Part shown: positions 1-12,178 of the stretch, piece after piece
How the letters are laid out: the number at the start of each line of letters is the position of its first letter
Numbering within the stretch: the first letter of the stretch is position 1
NCBI GenBank assembly: GCA_973895155.1
Contig: OZ316899.1
Coordinates: 2,935,455-2,999,454, forward strand
Direction: 5' to 3'
DNA: 64,000 bases
From: Marsupella aquatica
Taxonomy: Eukaryota > Plantae > Marchantiophyta
The notes under the pieces: generated by a model
Database searches by the model: none
Told to the model about the DNA's origin: nothing
What the model saw: the letters and a program-made list of their open reading frames with translations, nothing else
Program-made: the position numbers and the translations under genes

Positions 1-58
1 GGGAGTCTGCACACAAGCTCACTATCATTCCTAGAATGATGAGAGGAGAGGCAGGCAC

Positions 59-889
59 ATGGTTCATTTCATTGCTACCCAATGTCAAAGCCAATTGGGC
101 GTTATTCAAGCAAGCTTCTTGAAGGAGCTCAGATCCATTGGAGTGGAGGCCATGTCACTACTGAAGGTGGGCCAACTCAGGATGAAGAAGAAAGAGTCAT
201 TACAGAGGTTTTTGCAAAGATTCCAGAAATTGGTACGACGGATACAAGCCCATACCGATAACACTATGCGTCAAGCGTGGTTTGTAGCAGCCCTACCAAG
301 CAAGATGGGTTTCTTTGTACGTCAAGCCAAACCAACCACATTGGCTGAAGCCATTGCAGCAGTGGAGTCATACACTGTAACCAACGCCACAAGCAAGCGT
401 TGCCAAAGAAAAAAGCTGAAGTTGGTTGATAGTTCCTCTAGTGATGAATTGAGTGGATCCGATTCACATAGTAGTGATGACTCTAAGGATTCTGAGAGCA
501 CTACAAAGTTGGACACTATGGAGTTAGAAGCTGAAAAACAGAAGAAGAAGTAGTCCAAGAAGATCAAGAAGGCCTCTCATCGTGACGTAGTACTACCCAC
601 AGTGGCCATTACTCCGTTGTCTATGGCAAGACATCTAAAGGAGCAAGAGGCCAAATACAATGAGTTGACAGAGCAAATGAAAGCGTTGAAAGTACATTTT
701 GCCGGACTCAAGTCAGAGAGGAGAAAAGTTCCGGTGGAGAGAGCCAATGTGTGGTGTCCCAAGTGCATGAAGTTTTGTCATGCCCCAAAGGAGTGCCCAG
801 TGGGAGAACCAGCCAAGGTTTTCCAAGTACGGGAGGAGGACGTTGAAGGGGAAAGCTACTCAACCCCTCCATATGCAGCGGTGTGGTAG
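59..889 (+). pseudogene. gag: Decayed gag of a distant relative of family A (Ty3/Gypsy)
   Basis: ORF 59-553 has ESLQRFLQRFQKL and WFVAALPSKMGFFVRQAKPTTLAEAIAAVESY, which align by eye with family A gag (ESLRKFIQKFQKL; WFLHGLPTNMQFWVRQNNPISMQAAIACAETY). ORF 602-889 has a CX2CX4HX4C knuckle (CPKCMKFCHAPKEC). Broken by stops/frameshift; downstream DNA to 1609 is AT-rich and not interpretable. Confidence 0.8.
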
Positions 890-1609
890 AGTGGTCACAA
901 TGTTAAATAACAATTTAATATCGGAGGACCCTAATTCGTTCCCTTGAAGAGCTAATGAGAAGTGAATTGGTATTGAAAAGAACAAATAGGATGTTAATTG
1001 GGCATAACCTTGCCAAGGAGTTCTCTCTCCAAAGGATTGATGGAAATCAATGCACAAAACTAACAATTAAAGAAATATATGGAAAATGACTAGTAAGAAT
1101 GTCTTTTCAATTGGCTTATGATAGAAGATGATGCAAAATGACGATCCTCCAGTAGATCAATAGGATCCTGGATTTTTTAAGATTCAAAATGCAGCAGAGC
1201 TCACAACATTAATTAGAAATTGACATGGGGATCTAGTTATCAAACTAAGAATTCTTTCTGGACAACAAGTGGTGACGGTACTAGAATGCTTCACACAAAA
1301 AGTTCTAGATTGTCAAATTGATAACTTCTCAATCAAATTTAGATGATTACTCATGGTAAGGAAGCATTCCATTTTGACTACTGAAACAACAAGAGTTCAA
1401 TGTTATCAAGAATTCACATGAGTAACTCAAATCAAAATTCAATTTCAAAGTATGATGTCAAATTTTCTAAGTATTAACTTCTCAACAGGAGAAGGAGTCT
1501 ACAGTTCTACTCACAGCAGGTCAAGGCTCAACAGGGGCACCTGAGGAGGAGCTTCTATGCTTCCAACAAAAACTGAGAACTGAAAAAGAAAGCTAACTGT
1601 CACCCTACT

Positions 1610-4600
1610 TGTCACGTCGTCAGCCTAGGCCTTAACCCGGGCTTCGGCTTAGACAGGCACATCCTTCGCAAATATGAGGGTCCAAGCAAGGAGGGAAGCA
1701 CAGAATGCACCTAACTCACGTGAACTAGCGCTAAGAGCATCTACTATTATTTACGAACACCTCCTAGGTATGGTTTGTGTTCCGCCGCCGGAACGTACCT
1801 TAGTCAATAGCGAGATCGACCCCGGCTTACGGGATTTTAAGCCTTCATGCTATCCGCCTTTGATCCAGATTTGATGAAATGGTTACTCAACCCGTGCTCG
1901 CAACCACTTACCCGCAAGCTGCACCCAGTGCACGGCTCGGGTAGTGCTTTTGGCCAAGCGTTGGCACCCATACACAAGATACACACATATGCACACGCAC
2001 AAGCATACAATCTCGATTTACACAAAGGAAATAATGGGAAAGGATTTTACTACATAGGGGACATACACGTACACTTAGTTGACCCGAAAGCTCTCGAATG
2101 AACAGGTCCAAGGCCGAGGGTGTACACTATAACAGAGCCCGGATCCGCACTCGCCCAACGAGCTTAGTCCTACCCCCTCCCCTTGGTACTCTTTCACTCA
2201 CAGAGGTCGGGACTCCCCGCACATACCGCAGATGCCCAACTATGAGACTAAAACAAACCCCCTGCCTCTACCAAGGGGTGCACTAAATACTACGGGCTGA
2301 GGACCGGAGTGGCCTCAAACCCGTAGGTTTGCTAACTAAGATCCTAACTAAGCTGGTTGTTAGCCTGGAAAATGACTTGTCTTATTAGAAGATCCTAATC
2401 TACGCAGACTGGACAGTATGGCAGTGTCGCTTTAACTAGGGCAGGGGCTTGTCCCTATAGCCCGATTTGGCTACTCCTAACTCTATTTTAATCCTATTAT
2501 GCCGCTAATGCCTGGCACGCTTGCCAGAGCCTCCCGAGTGGGAGCGACTATCCCGCTGTCTCCTAAGCCTGTCAGTATCCTGCTTGAGTAGTTGGACTTG
2601 GTCCAACAGAGATTTGTTCTCACGCTTCACCGCGTCTGTCTCTTCCGCGGCCTCCTAACATGCCTCCTCCAGTTGTTGGACGTTGCTCGTCAGCTTATCC
2701 ACCAATTGGGCCTGCTTCGTGGCTTCTCCTTGAAGCCGTGCCACCTCTGTCTTTAGGGTGTCAATCTTGGCTGCGTCCTGTTGAGACCGAGAGTCAGCTT
2801 CCTCCAGATCCTTTTGCAAAATGATGGCTTGTCCTTTCAACCCATCGATCTTGGTCCAAATCCGTGCTATCTTGGAGTCCTTTCCGAGCCCGACCTATTC
2901 TGCTAAGGCTGCCCGGGCTCTGGCCTTGGCAACCTGATCCTTTGTGGCCGTTACTTGAGGCCGCAGTTGCTGGAGTTCAGTCTCTAGGGCTGCCACTTTG
3001 TCCTTCAGGTAGGTAGACTCAACCCGGTATCGCTCTATTCTCTGCGCTATCTCCGCTTGCGCATGTCCTGCCTTTACAGCCGCAACCAACTCCTGGTTGA
3101 AGAAGTAGGCCACCTTCCGTGCCATCTACTCCCTTGTATCCCGTGAGATCTGTTGCGAGAAATCCCCCAACAACCCGATCAAAAACGTGCCCGGCGCAAA
3201 GATTTCTGGATAGTCCAGACTATGTCCATCTGGATTTGGGCACGCGCAGACCCCAGCCTGCAAGGGAGTAGGAGTGGAAACATCCAGCCCTTGAGGTAAG
3301 TCGATCGAAGGGGCTGGTTCCACCTGGCGGTTCTCTTGCACGGCCGTGGGGGGTAGCGGAATCTCCTCGGCCATGGTAGTGTTGGTTTTGGGTTCGGCCT
3401 CAGCCGGTTCGACTTTGATTGCGTTGACCCGGTTGATCGCTTCCAAGGTCGCGATAACTGCGTCCATGGGTACGCTTGGTGGAGCCAAAGAAGCAGGTAC
3501 TGCGGCTGCCAGGCTTTGGGCTTTGGGCTGCGGTCGCCTCTCCTAAACCAGGAATACCCACTTTGGCGGAGTCAATTCTGTTTTGTTGCCATGGGGAAGG
3601 CTTTGGCGGTCAAAATGGGCGTACCATTCAATGATAATCTTGATGTGGCTCGCAAAGTACGCCTTTCCGCCAAGGTACAAGGTCTTCCTTCTCTGCTCCA
3701 TCTTTTCGTGGAACTTCTTAACAAAGAAGGACGCCCACTTCCTAGGCTGAAAGTTCTCTACTTGTATGACCTGGGCGGCGGATATTTCACCCCGTGGTTC
3801 CATCATATGGAGGGCATACCGCTGGAACTCCAGGCATTCTGCTACCTCCGGGATGAGGCACGTCCTCATCAAGAATCCGTTGTCCACTGCTCCCTCGGTC
3901 GGGAAGTTAGAGGACTGGTATTTAGCTCCCTTGCCCCCTGGAGCCCGCAACTCTACCTGGTTTATCCCCTCGGGAGGCCAAAAATCATCTTCAAATGTGC
4001 CTCATTGAGACACATCACTCTCCCGTGCGCTTGGGTTTGTTGGCGGGCCTCGTCAAAGTTCTGAATGAACTCTGTCATATCCTGCCCGTAGTACCTGCTT
4101 CCATTCCAAGGGAGAGAGGCGAGGTGCTCAAACCCTTGGGTCGTCAAATAGCATGCATGTTTGGGGTGGAGGATGTTCTTGTGAACATTCTCCCCCATGC
4201 AATGCATGGTCAACTTGGCCACCGCAACCGTGGCCAAAGGCAACCCGGATATAGCAGCGGGCTCCTTTCTCTTTCTACCTCGAGACTGATTCCCGGGGTG
4301 ACTAGAAGAGGGGGAGATCTCTCCTTCCTCTCGGTCAGGCGGCGGTAGCGCTACTGCCGTGAGTATTGGTGTCGGGGCCACTAGAGTCATCGTGTTATCC
4401 CCTCGGGCTTGCTGGAGTGGCGCCAGGTTGTTTGGCGCCTGTTGGGTTGTACCCCACGGCCGTCGATTCAGAGGAGGGTGAGCCTCCTCGTCTTTGGAGC
4501 TAATATTCACCGCATTCACCATGGATCGTATTCGGAGAGGTGGTGCGACCGGTGGCGGGGATCGGCTCGGCTGAGGCCAAGGAGGTGTTGGTGCGGGTAC

Positions 4601-5524
4601 GGGCACGGGCTCGGGTGGGCCGGCACCGGTCGTTGATGGTATAGTTGTCATGAAGTTCTACAGGTGCCGGTGGAGGTTTTCCAAAGCAAGTGTAGACGGC
4701 CTTGTCGACCGGGTAGTGTTGAGCTCGTTGTTGATGATAGCCTGGACCCAAGCGGGGATGTGGTCGAACTGGTGCCGCTGTAAGTCGATCATGCTCGGGA
4801 TAGTGAAGACCGAGTCCGGAAGCCGAAGCAATGCCTCCCAGAAGCCGATGTATTTGCCCCCGTCAAAGAAGTACCCTGATATTTCTTTGGGTTGGTAAAG
4901 CTCGCTTTGGGACAGGTAATCAAAATTAAGGAGATAGTGGTGTCGGCCTGCTAGGCGGATGGCTCTCTCATACTTGCATTTGATTTTGTATCGACGCGGG
5001 TTGGCGTGTTTTAATGAGTCGACCAAGTGCCCTTCGATAGACAGGAACTGCGTCCAAAATCGTATGGCCAAACTGGAAAGGATTGTGTGCGACATTCAGA
5101 GGAGATAGAAGGCAACTAAGGATGGTCGAGAGAACTGGGTTCGAAGCTGGCGCGTGGACTGAAGAACTGGTGCACTGCAAAGGATTGCCCCCCTTTTTAT
5201 ACCCTGTGAGCTCGTCGGTCGCCCAACGCCTCCTCGTCGCTTATAGGTCAAGCCTTTCACGCTTGCAGTGTATCGGCCACTCTGCCAGTCCGGGTCAATG
5301 CGTGTCAGTGGCCGCCTCCTGGAGTTCGTTATACAGACCCGAGGGAGGGGCCCATTACACGTTCGCAACCCGGGCATGCGAATGGCGACCCGCCGCCGGC
5401 CCGAACACGAATGCCCCTTATTGACTAATGATTTCCTTCTCATAATGGCTACCTAAATATTGTCGTTACTCTAATAATTACGGCCTAAGATACCCCTAAT
5501 GCGCGTGCTAAGCGTGGTTAGGCT
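1610..5524 (-). repeat. A1 3' LTR (~3.9 kb; first ~30 bp lost)
   Basis: Reverse complement of the 16025-19978 and 35130-39134 LTRs; joined directly to integrase sequence at ~5524. Confidence 0.9.
2505..5095 (-). pseudogene. LTR-encoded accessory protein, A1 copy (fragmented)
   Basis: ORF pieces 4658-5095, 3962-4651, 3543-3950, 3126-3488, 2895-3125 and 2655-2840 match the intact 880-aa ORF at 35596-38238 in order; the piece ends ...GKRARH-stop at 2505. Confidence 0.9.
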
Positions 5525-8500
5525 AGCAAAATGTACATGCATCTGGGTCTTTGTGTAACTGGAGTGAACGGCCCGATGTAATCAATGCCCCATTTTTCAA
5601 ATGGTGCAAGTGGAAGTACGGAAGTGAGGGGGTGGTTGTGGGTTCTTCTTGGGGCGCCAGCCCGTTGGCACAGATTGCATCCCTTGATAAAGCTTTGTAC
5701 ATCCCGATGTAACGTAGGCCACCAATATCCCAAATCCAAGATCTTTCAGGCTGTCGTGATAGCCGCAAAATGGCCTCCAGCTTCTTCTTCATGCAAGGCC
5801 CGCATAACAATGAGCGTCTCCTTGTACTCTAAGCAGCGTCATAATTTCCCATTAACTCTTTCCTTGTGTAAGCACCCCTGTATCATGACATATAGTCTGG
5901 CCTTCCATAGAAACACAGCGGCGGCCTCCTGATTGATGTTGTCGGGGATGCAGCCTGTTAAGAGGAAGGTGATCATTGAGCCGTACCACATAGGTGTTCC
6001 CACCCCTATGTGGAATAATTCCTCATTCGGAAAAGTATCATTAATAGGCTGATCGACAGGTACACCATCCAGTCTTGAAAAGAAGTCGGCGTTGAGGTGT
6101 GCTTTTCCTGGTCAAACCCGAACTTCGTAGTTGAATTCCTGGAGTAGCACCCACCGGGCTATCCGTCCCGTCACATCTCCTTTGTTTACCATATACTTCA
6201 AACTATCATGGTCTGTGTGGAAGATGACTTTATATCCAAGCAGATAGTGTCAGAATTTCTTGCACGAGTAGATAAGACCGAGAGCCTCTCAGTCGATGGG
6301 GGAGTAATTCTTCTCTACAATGAATAACTGACGACTGGCATAATAGATGGGGTGGTCACGACCGTCCTCGTCAAGCTGGCTCAGCACGGACCCGATGCAT
6401 AAACAGGAAACATCGACGTAAACATGGAATTCTTTATTCCAATTCGGGGTAACCATGATGGGTGCTGTGATGAGTCACCTGCAAAGTTCCTTGAAAGCAA
6501 TCTGTCTCCGTGGCGTCTCCTTGATTGTAACATCTCTCTTCATCATCTCCGTGAGAGGGAGCACGATTTTAGCAAAATCTTTGATGAACCGGAGGTAATA
6601 TCCTACGCAGCCCAAGAAGGATTGTACCGCTTTTTGATCTACGGGAAACACAACCGCCATCCAGGCCACGACCTTCTCTTGGTCCACTTCAATACCCCGT
6701 TTGGACACACGATGCTCAAGTAACACTCCCTCCTCTACCCCGAAGAAACATTTGGCGGGATGTAGCTTGAGATTAACCTCTCGGCATCGTTGTAGCATAC
6801 GCTGGAGATGTTTGGGGTGCATGGCGATAGTCCCAAAGATGGCAAAGTCGTCGATAAATATTTCCAGAAATTCCCGTAGGAAATCATGGAAGATATTCAT
6901 CATGAGTTGCTAAAACATGGCCAGGGCATTACACAGCCCAAACGGCATTCTCCAAAATGCAAATGTCCCCCATTCCGTAGTGAACGTTGTTTTGAGCTGA
7001 TCTGCAAGGCGGATCCAGATTTGATTATAGCCCGAATACCCGTCAAGGAATGTATAAATTTCATTTTGGGCGACCATATCCAGAACCATATCCGTGAATG
7101 GTAAGGGGTAGTGGTCTTTTCGGGTAGCGTCGTTAAGCTTACAATAGTCTTGACAGATGCGGATTTTAGGTTTTCCGTCCGTACCTTCCTTCTTTGGCAC
7201 AATGACGATAGGGGACACCCAATCACTAGCCATCACCGGGTAGATGATATCCGCGGCTAGGAGATGATCAATTTCTTCTTTTACCAAGATGGAATATCTC
7301 GGGTTCATGCAACGTTGTCGCTATCGTACAGCGTGCGCTCCTAAGTTCAAATCAATCGTATGTTCTCCTAACTCGGGGGAGACTCCAGTCAAGTCATGAT
7401 GGCTCCATGCAAACACGTTTTCATACTCCTTAAGTAGTGATTGGATAGATTTCTCTGCTTTGCCTGTTAAGGCGTGACCTAAGTTGAAAGTCTTATCCAT
7501 CCCGATGATGTACTTCCTGTAGTGTTCTTTCCTTATGACCTCCACTTGATTCTGTAGGCTAGGGTCCAGGCTAGCATCTAACTCCACCAGGCAAACTCCT
7601 CCGTACATTGGTGCGGTCGGGATCGGCTCCGGGGTCAAGACTACTTCTTCTTCTGGCGAAATGGAAGGATCCCAAGACACTTGTTTCTTGTGCTTGGTTG
7701 CCGGAATTTTGGCTTTGGTCAACGGGCTGGTAGGCCCATGACTAGAAGAGTTGATACTCGTGATTATGACGTCGGCTCCCTGCTTTGCTGTAGCTGTACT
7801 CTCCGTGGTTTCCGTTCTGATGACTTGGTTGGACTGTACCTCTACTAGGGCGTCAGAGGAACTTGGGGTGATGTCGGAGTTATCCTCTTTCGGGTAGTTC
7901 ATGAGATGGGTTTCTCGTGTTGCTTCTACTCCAAAGACGTCTTCCTCTGAAAGGGACGAGATGAGCTCTATCATGTTGAGCTCTTCTTCCTCCGAGGTCT
8001 CCGAATCATATTCCTCGGGTCCTTGTGGGGTTCCACCCTGAAAATCATCCATTGCCCAAGATACTCGTACCGTGGGTGTTCCAAACCGCAGCTCCTTCTT
8101 TCCCCAATCCGTGACTACACGGCCATCGTACAGCCACGGCCTGCCAGAAGGACCGGATAAGAGGATGGCCGAACCGGCCTCATGACTAGGAAATTGAGAT
8201 AGAACTCCACCCCTCCCACGAGAGTGAGCACCTTGGTAAGCGTGCCCAATGGAAGGACCCTGGCCCCATTTGCTAACTTGATAGCACGGGCTATGGGTTG
8301 ATACGTGAGGTATCCCAACTTGACTGATGTTTCCTCTGTCATGATGTTGACTCCCGCTCCCCCGTCCACAAGAACCATCTTGATGGTGCAATTGTTAATC
8401 TCAATCGAGATGTCCGACGCTCCTAGGTCCTCGCAGATCATATTACAGTCCGCGATCCCAGCCCGTGGTAGTCGTCTCCATTGCCGACCCGTGAGCAACT

Positions 8501-10666
8501 CCCTTAGTTGTTGTCAGTACTGAGGATTGTTCTTCAGCAATTGCCCTATCGTTGCTGTAACCGGGCAACTCTTCACGTCTTTCTTAATATTGTAGTCCTC
8601 CTTCTTCTCTTCCTTGGGACGCTGTTGGGCTTCCTCCTGTTGCTTTTCTTGCTCCTGTTGTTGGGCGGCCTCGGTTGCTTTGATGTCCTTATCAATTGCC
8701 TTCTGGTATTCCCGTGCTTTGTAGGCCTCCAACTATTTCTTTACCAATTCTTTGATGCGGGGGTAAAATAGCTTTGGGTCGTCCTGACGGTAGTCATCGT
8801 CCTTCTCTGGGGGTATATCTATCGCTGGCTGCACCGGCATAGTATCTTGTTTTTTTGGGCGTTTCTCCTCATGTTTCTCTTCCTTCCGCTTGGCTCTTGT
8901 TGAAATGCGGTAGCATTCGGCCTTGTTTGATGGATTAAGGTGCTCCGCCACATCCACCAGATTCACCCACTTGGTGTTGTCATCTTGCCATTCCACAACA
9001 ATCATTTGGACGACTGCATCGCTCATGGCCGGTCCGCCCTTGGCCGGTCTAGCTGCGTTTGTTCGAGCGGCTATTACCAATGGATAGTTGGCCGTGGAAT
9101 GAGCTTCCGTTTTGCAGACTTGACATAGTGGCGTGCCTCAGTCATCCCCCTGCCGTCTTAGGTTCAGTGCATTCCCTTGCAAAGTGGCTTGGCTTCTCAC
9201 AGTTGTAACAAATCGGGGATTGCCAAATCCCTGGCTTAGGAGGAATGCTCGGGTTACTGATAACCTGGAAACTTCTGCCATTGTTTGGGTAGGGGTATGC
9301 AGTTCTACCCGCTAAGTTACGCGGACCTACCGTTGAAATCTGGTACACAGAATCAGGAGGGTCTTCAAAAAATACTCCGTGGACTCCGATTCAGGTCCCG
9401 GGTTGTCAACATCATCCAATTCTACCTGGTGGACTCGGTTCTTCCATCTTGGGCATTCTTGCACTACATGCCCAGATTGGAAGCACTTTGAACACCACGC
9501 ATGTGCTCGAGTCTCGGGTGGCTTCTTCTTCTCCACAGGCTTTTCTGCGAGATGTACTGATAGTGCTTTGAGATGATCCGTGATTTTGTTAAGCTTGTCT
9601 GGTTCGGCAGCCTTTGGATTGGGTATCGTTCTTTGAACACGGGGTTTGATTTTCCCCTCCTTCTTAACCGCCTCTTCTTCTTCTTGCTCCAGCTCTCGCT
9701 CTCCAAATCGCTTCCCGATGAGCTGGAGGTGGAGGATCCGCTAGTCAAAGTTGAATCCGAACTAGATTCTGTCTCCAAATTGGACGAGGTCGAACAATGT
9801 TTCTTCTTCTTCTTGCGTTTCTTCTTCTTCTCGTCGTCAGATTCGGAGTCACTATCACTGAAGGTCTCGTACTTGCCCTTCTTGCGGCGTGCCCGTTGGC
9901 TTTGCCGGGAGTTATAAGTGGACTCCCGGTAGGTTTTGGCGCACGCTATGGCCGCTTGCATTGAAATTGGGTTATTCTGGCGCACCCAAAATTGCATATG
10001 CGTGGGCAAACCGTGGAGGAACCACGTAAGCTAGAGCGCATCACCTGGCCTGGGCCGGATCTTGGCGGCAAGTTTCTAAAACTTCTGATCGAATGAACTT
10101 TTGCAAGGATTCCTTTTTCCCCATGCAAAGTTGGCCGATCCTTAATAAAGAACGCTGCTCTGATCCAATGGCACAAAACTCTTGCAGTAACGCAGCTTGG
10201 AATTTGCCCATGTAGGCCCGGGTGGCAGCAAGTTGTACCATGGACAAGCTTCTCCCCGCATCACTTCGGGGAGGACAATTAGCTTAATGGCATCTTCCCC
10301 GTTGGCCTTAGCAGTGGCTTCAAACTCATCCAACCATTCATCCGGATCATCCCCATGACGCCCTTTGAAAGGTCGATAATGAAACCGAGACCGTTGTGAT
10401 ATTTGTGGGGGAGCTTGGGCAGCGCGGGCCATAGCCGGTGGGGCGGCTGCCATAGGTACTGGTGGCGGTGGTGGTGCTGGCGGTGGTGCAGCAAGGACCG
10501 GAGCAAGACCGACTGGACCGGACCCCAAAGGTCCCGGTGGTATGTTCATTCATCGAGGCGATTGCAAATCCTCCGAGCCTGAAGAGTCGGAGCTTGTTGT
10601 GGTTGCACTCTCTCGTTCGCTGGTCAATCTCCTCAAGTAAGCTGCTTGAGAATGAGTGAAGGGCAT
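5525..10666 (-). pseudogene. gag-pol: A1 gag-pol (gag, protease, RT, RNase H, integrase N-terminus), many stops/frameshifts
   Basis: Fragments contain MVLVDGGAGVNIM (PR), KDHYPLPF/FLDGYSGYNQI/IFIDDF (RT), CNLCQR and WGIDYIGP (IN); start ATG at 10666 matches MPVTRSQ of A3. Confidence 0.92.
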
Positions 10667-10763
10667 TTACTTGTATAAATGCGATGGTTAGTAACTCACT
10701 AGGGCCTGGTGTATTCTGCCCAGGTGCACCCGCACATGTCTCCCCTCTACTACACATAGAGTG

Positions 10764-10782
10764 CCCCCTCCATCTAGTGTCA
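10764..10782 (-). other. A1 primer-binding site, mutated (TGACACTAGATGGAGGGGG)
   Basis: Same position and sequence as the intact PBS of A2/A3, with G>A changes. Confidence 0.75.
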
Positions 10783-10795
10783 AAAACAAAGACTA

Positions 10796-12178
10796 TGTCA
10801 CGTCGTCAGCCTAGGCCTTAACCCGGGCTCTGGCTTAGACAGGCACATCCTTCGCAAATATGAGGGTCCGAGCAAGGAGGGAAGCACATAATGCACCTAA
10901 CTCACGTGAACTAGCACTAAGAGCGTCTACTATTATTTATGAACACCTCCTAGGTATGGTTTGTGTTCTGCCGCTGGAACATACCTTAGTCAATAGCAAG
11001 ATCGACCCCGGCTTACAGGCTTACAGGCTTTTAAGCCTTCGTGCTATCCGCCTTCGATCCGGATTTGATGATACAGTTACTCAACCCGTGCTCCCAACCA
11101 CTTACCCGCAAGCTGCACCCCGTGCATGGCTCGGGTAGTGCGTTCGGCCAAGCGTTGGCACCCATACACGAGATACACACATATGCACACGCACAAGCAT
11201 ACAATCTCGATTTACACGAAGGAAATAATGGGAAAGGATTTTACTACATAGGGGACATACACGTACACTTAGTTGACCCAAAAGCTCTCGAATGAACAGG
11301 TCCAAGGCCGAGGGTGTACACTATAACAGAGCCCGGCTCCGCACTTGCCCAGCAAGCTTAGTCCTACCCCCCTCCCCTTGGTACTCTTTCACTCACAGAG
11401 GTCGGGACTCCCCACACATACCGCAGATGCCCAACTATGAGACTAAAAAAAACCCCCTACCTCTATCAAGGGGTGCACTAAATACTATGGGCTGAGGACC
11501 GGAGTGGCCTCAAACCCGTAGGTTTGCTAACTAAGATCCTAACTAAGCTGACTGTCAGGCCAGAAAACGGCTTGTCTTATTAGAAGATCCTAATCTACGC
11601 AGACTGGACAGTATGGCAGTGCCGCTTTAACTAGGGCAGGCGCTTGTCCCTATAGCCCGATTTGGCTACTCCTAATTCTATTTTAATCCTATTCCGTCGC
11701 TAATGCCTGGCACGCTTGCCAGAGCCTCCTGAGTGGGAGCAACTATCCTGCTGTCTCCTGAGCCTGTCAGTATCCTGCTTGAGTAATTGGACCTGGTCCA
11801 ACAGAGATTCGTTCTCATGCTTTGCCGCGTCCGTCTCTTTCGCGGCCTCTTGACATGCCTCCTCCAGTTGCTGGACGTTGCTCGTCAGCTTATCCACCAA
11901 ATGGGTCTGCTTCGTGGTTTCTCCTTGAAGCCGTGCCACCTCTGTCTTCAGGGTGTCAATCTCGGCTGCGTCCCGTTGAGACCAAGAGTCAGCTTCCTCC
12001 AGATCCTTTTGCCAAATGATGGCTTGTCCTTTCAACCCATCGATCTTGGTCCGAAGCCATGCTATCTCGGAGTCCTTTCTGAGCCCGGCCTGTTCTACTA
12101 TGGCTGCCCGGGCTCTGGCCTCGGCAACCTGATCCTTCGTGGCCGTTACCTGAAGCCGTAGTTGCTAGAGTTCAGTCT
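10796..12178 (-). repeat. A1 5' LTR, 3'-terminal 1.4 kb only
   Basis: Matches 1610-~2980; homology stops abruptly at ...gagttcagtct (12178), where family B sequence begins. Confidence 0.9.

Larger units (their letters stand above)
1610..12178 (-). mobile_element. Family A Ty3/Gypsy element copy A1 (degenerate; integrase core deleted; 5' LTR truncated)
   Basis: LTR end TGTCACGTCG at 1610 and again at 10796; gag-PR-RT-RH-IN fragments on the minus strand between them; decayed PBS at 10764-10782; homologous to A2/A3 throughout. Confidence 0.93.

Noticed and set aside
890-1609. Possible protease/pol remnant after the left-edge gag
   Set aside because: No motif could be recovered in any frame; left unannotated.
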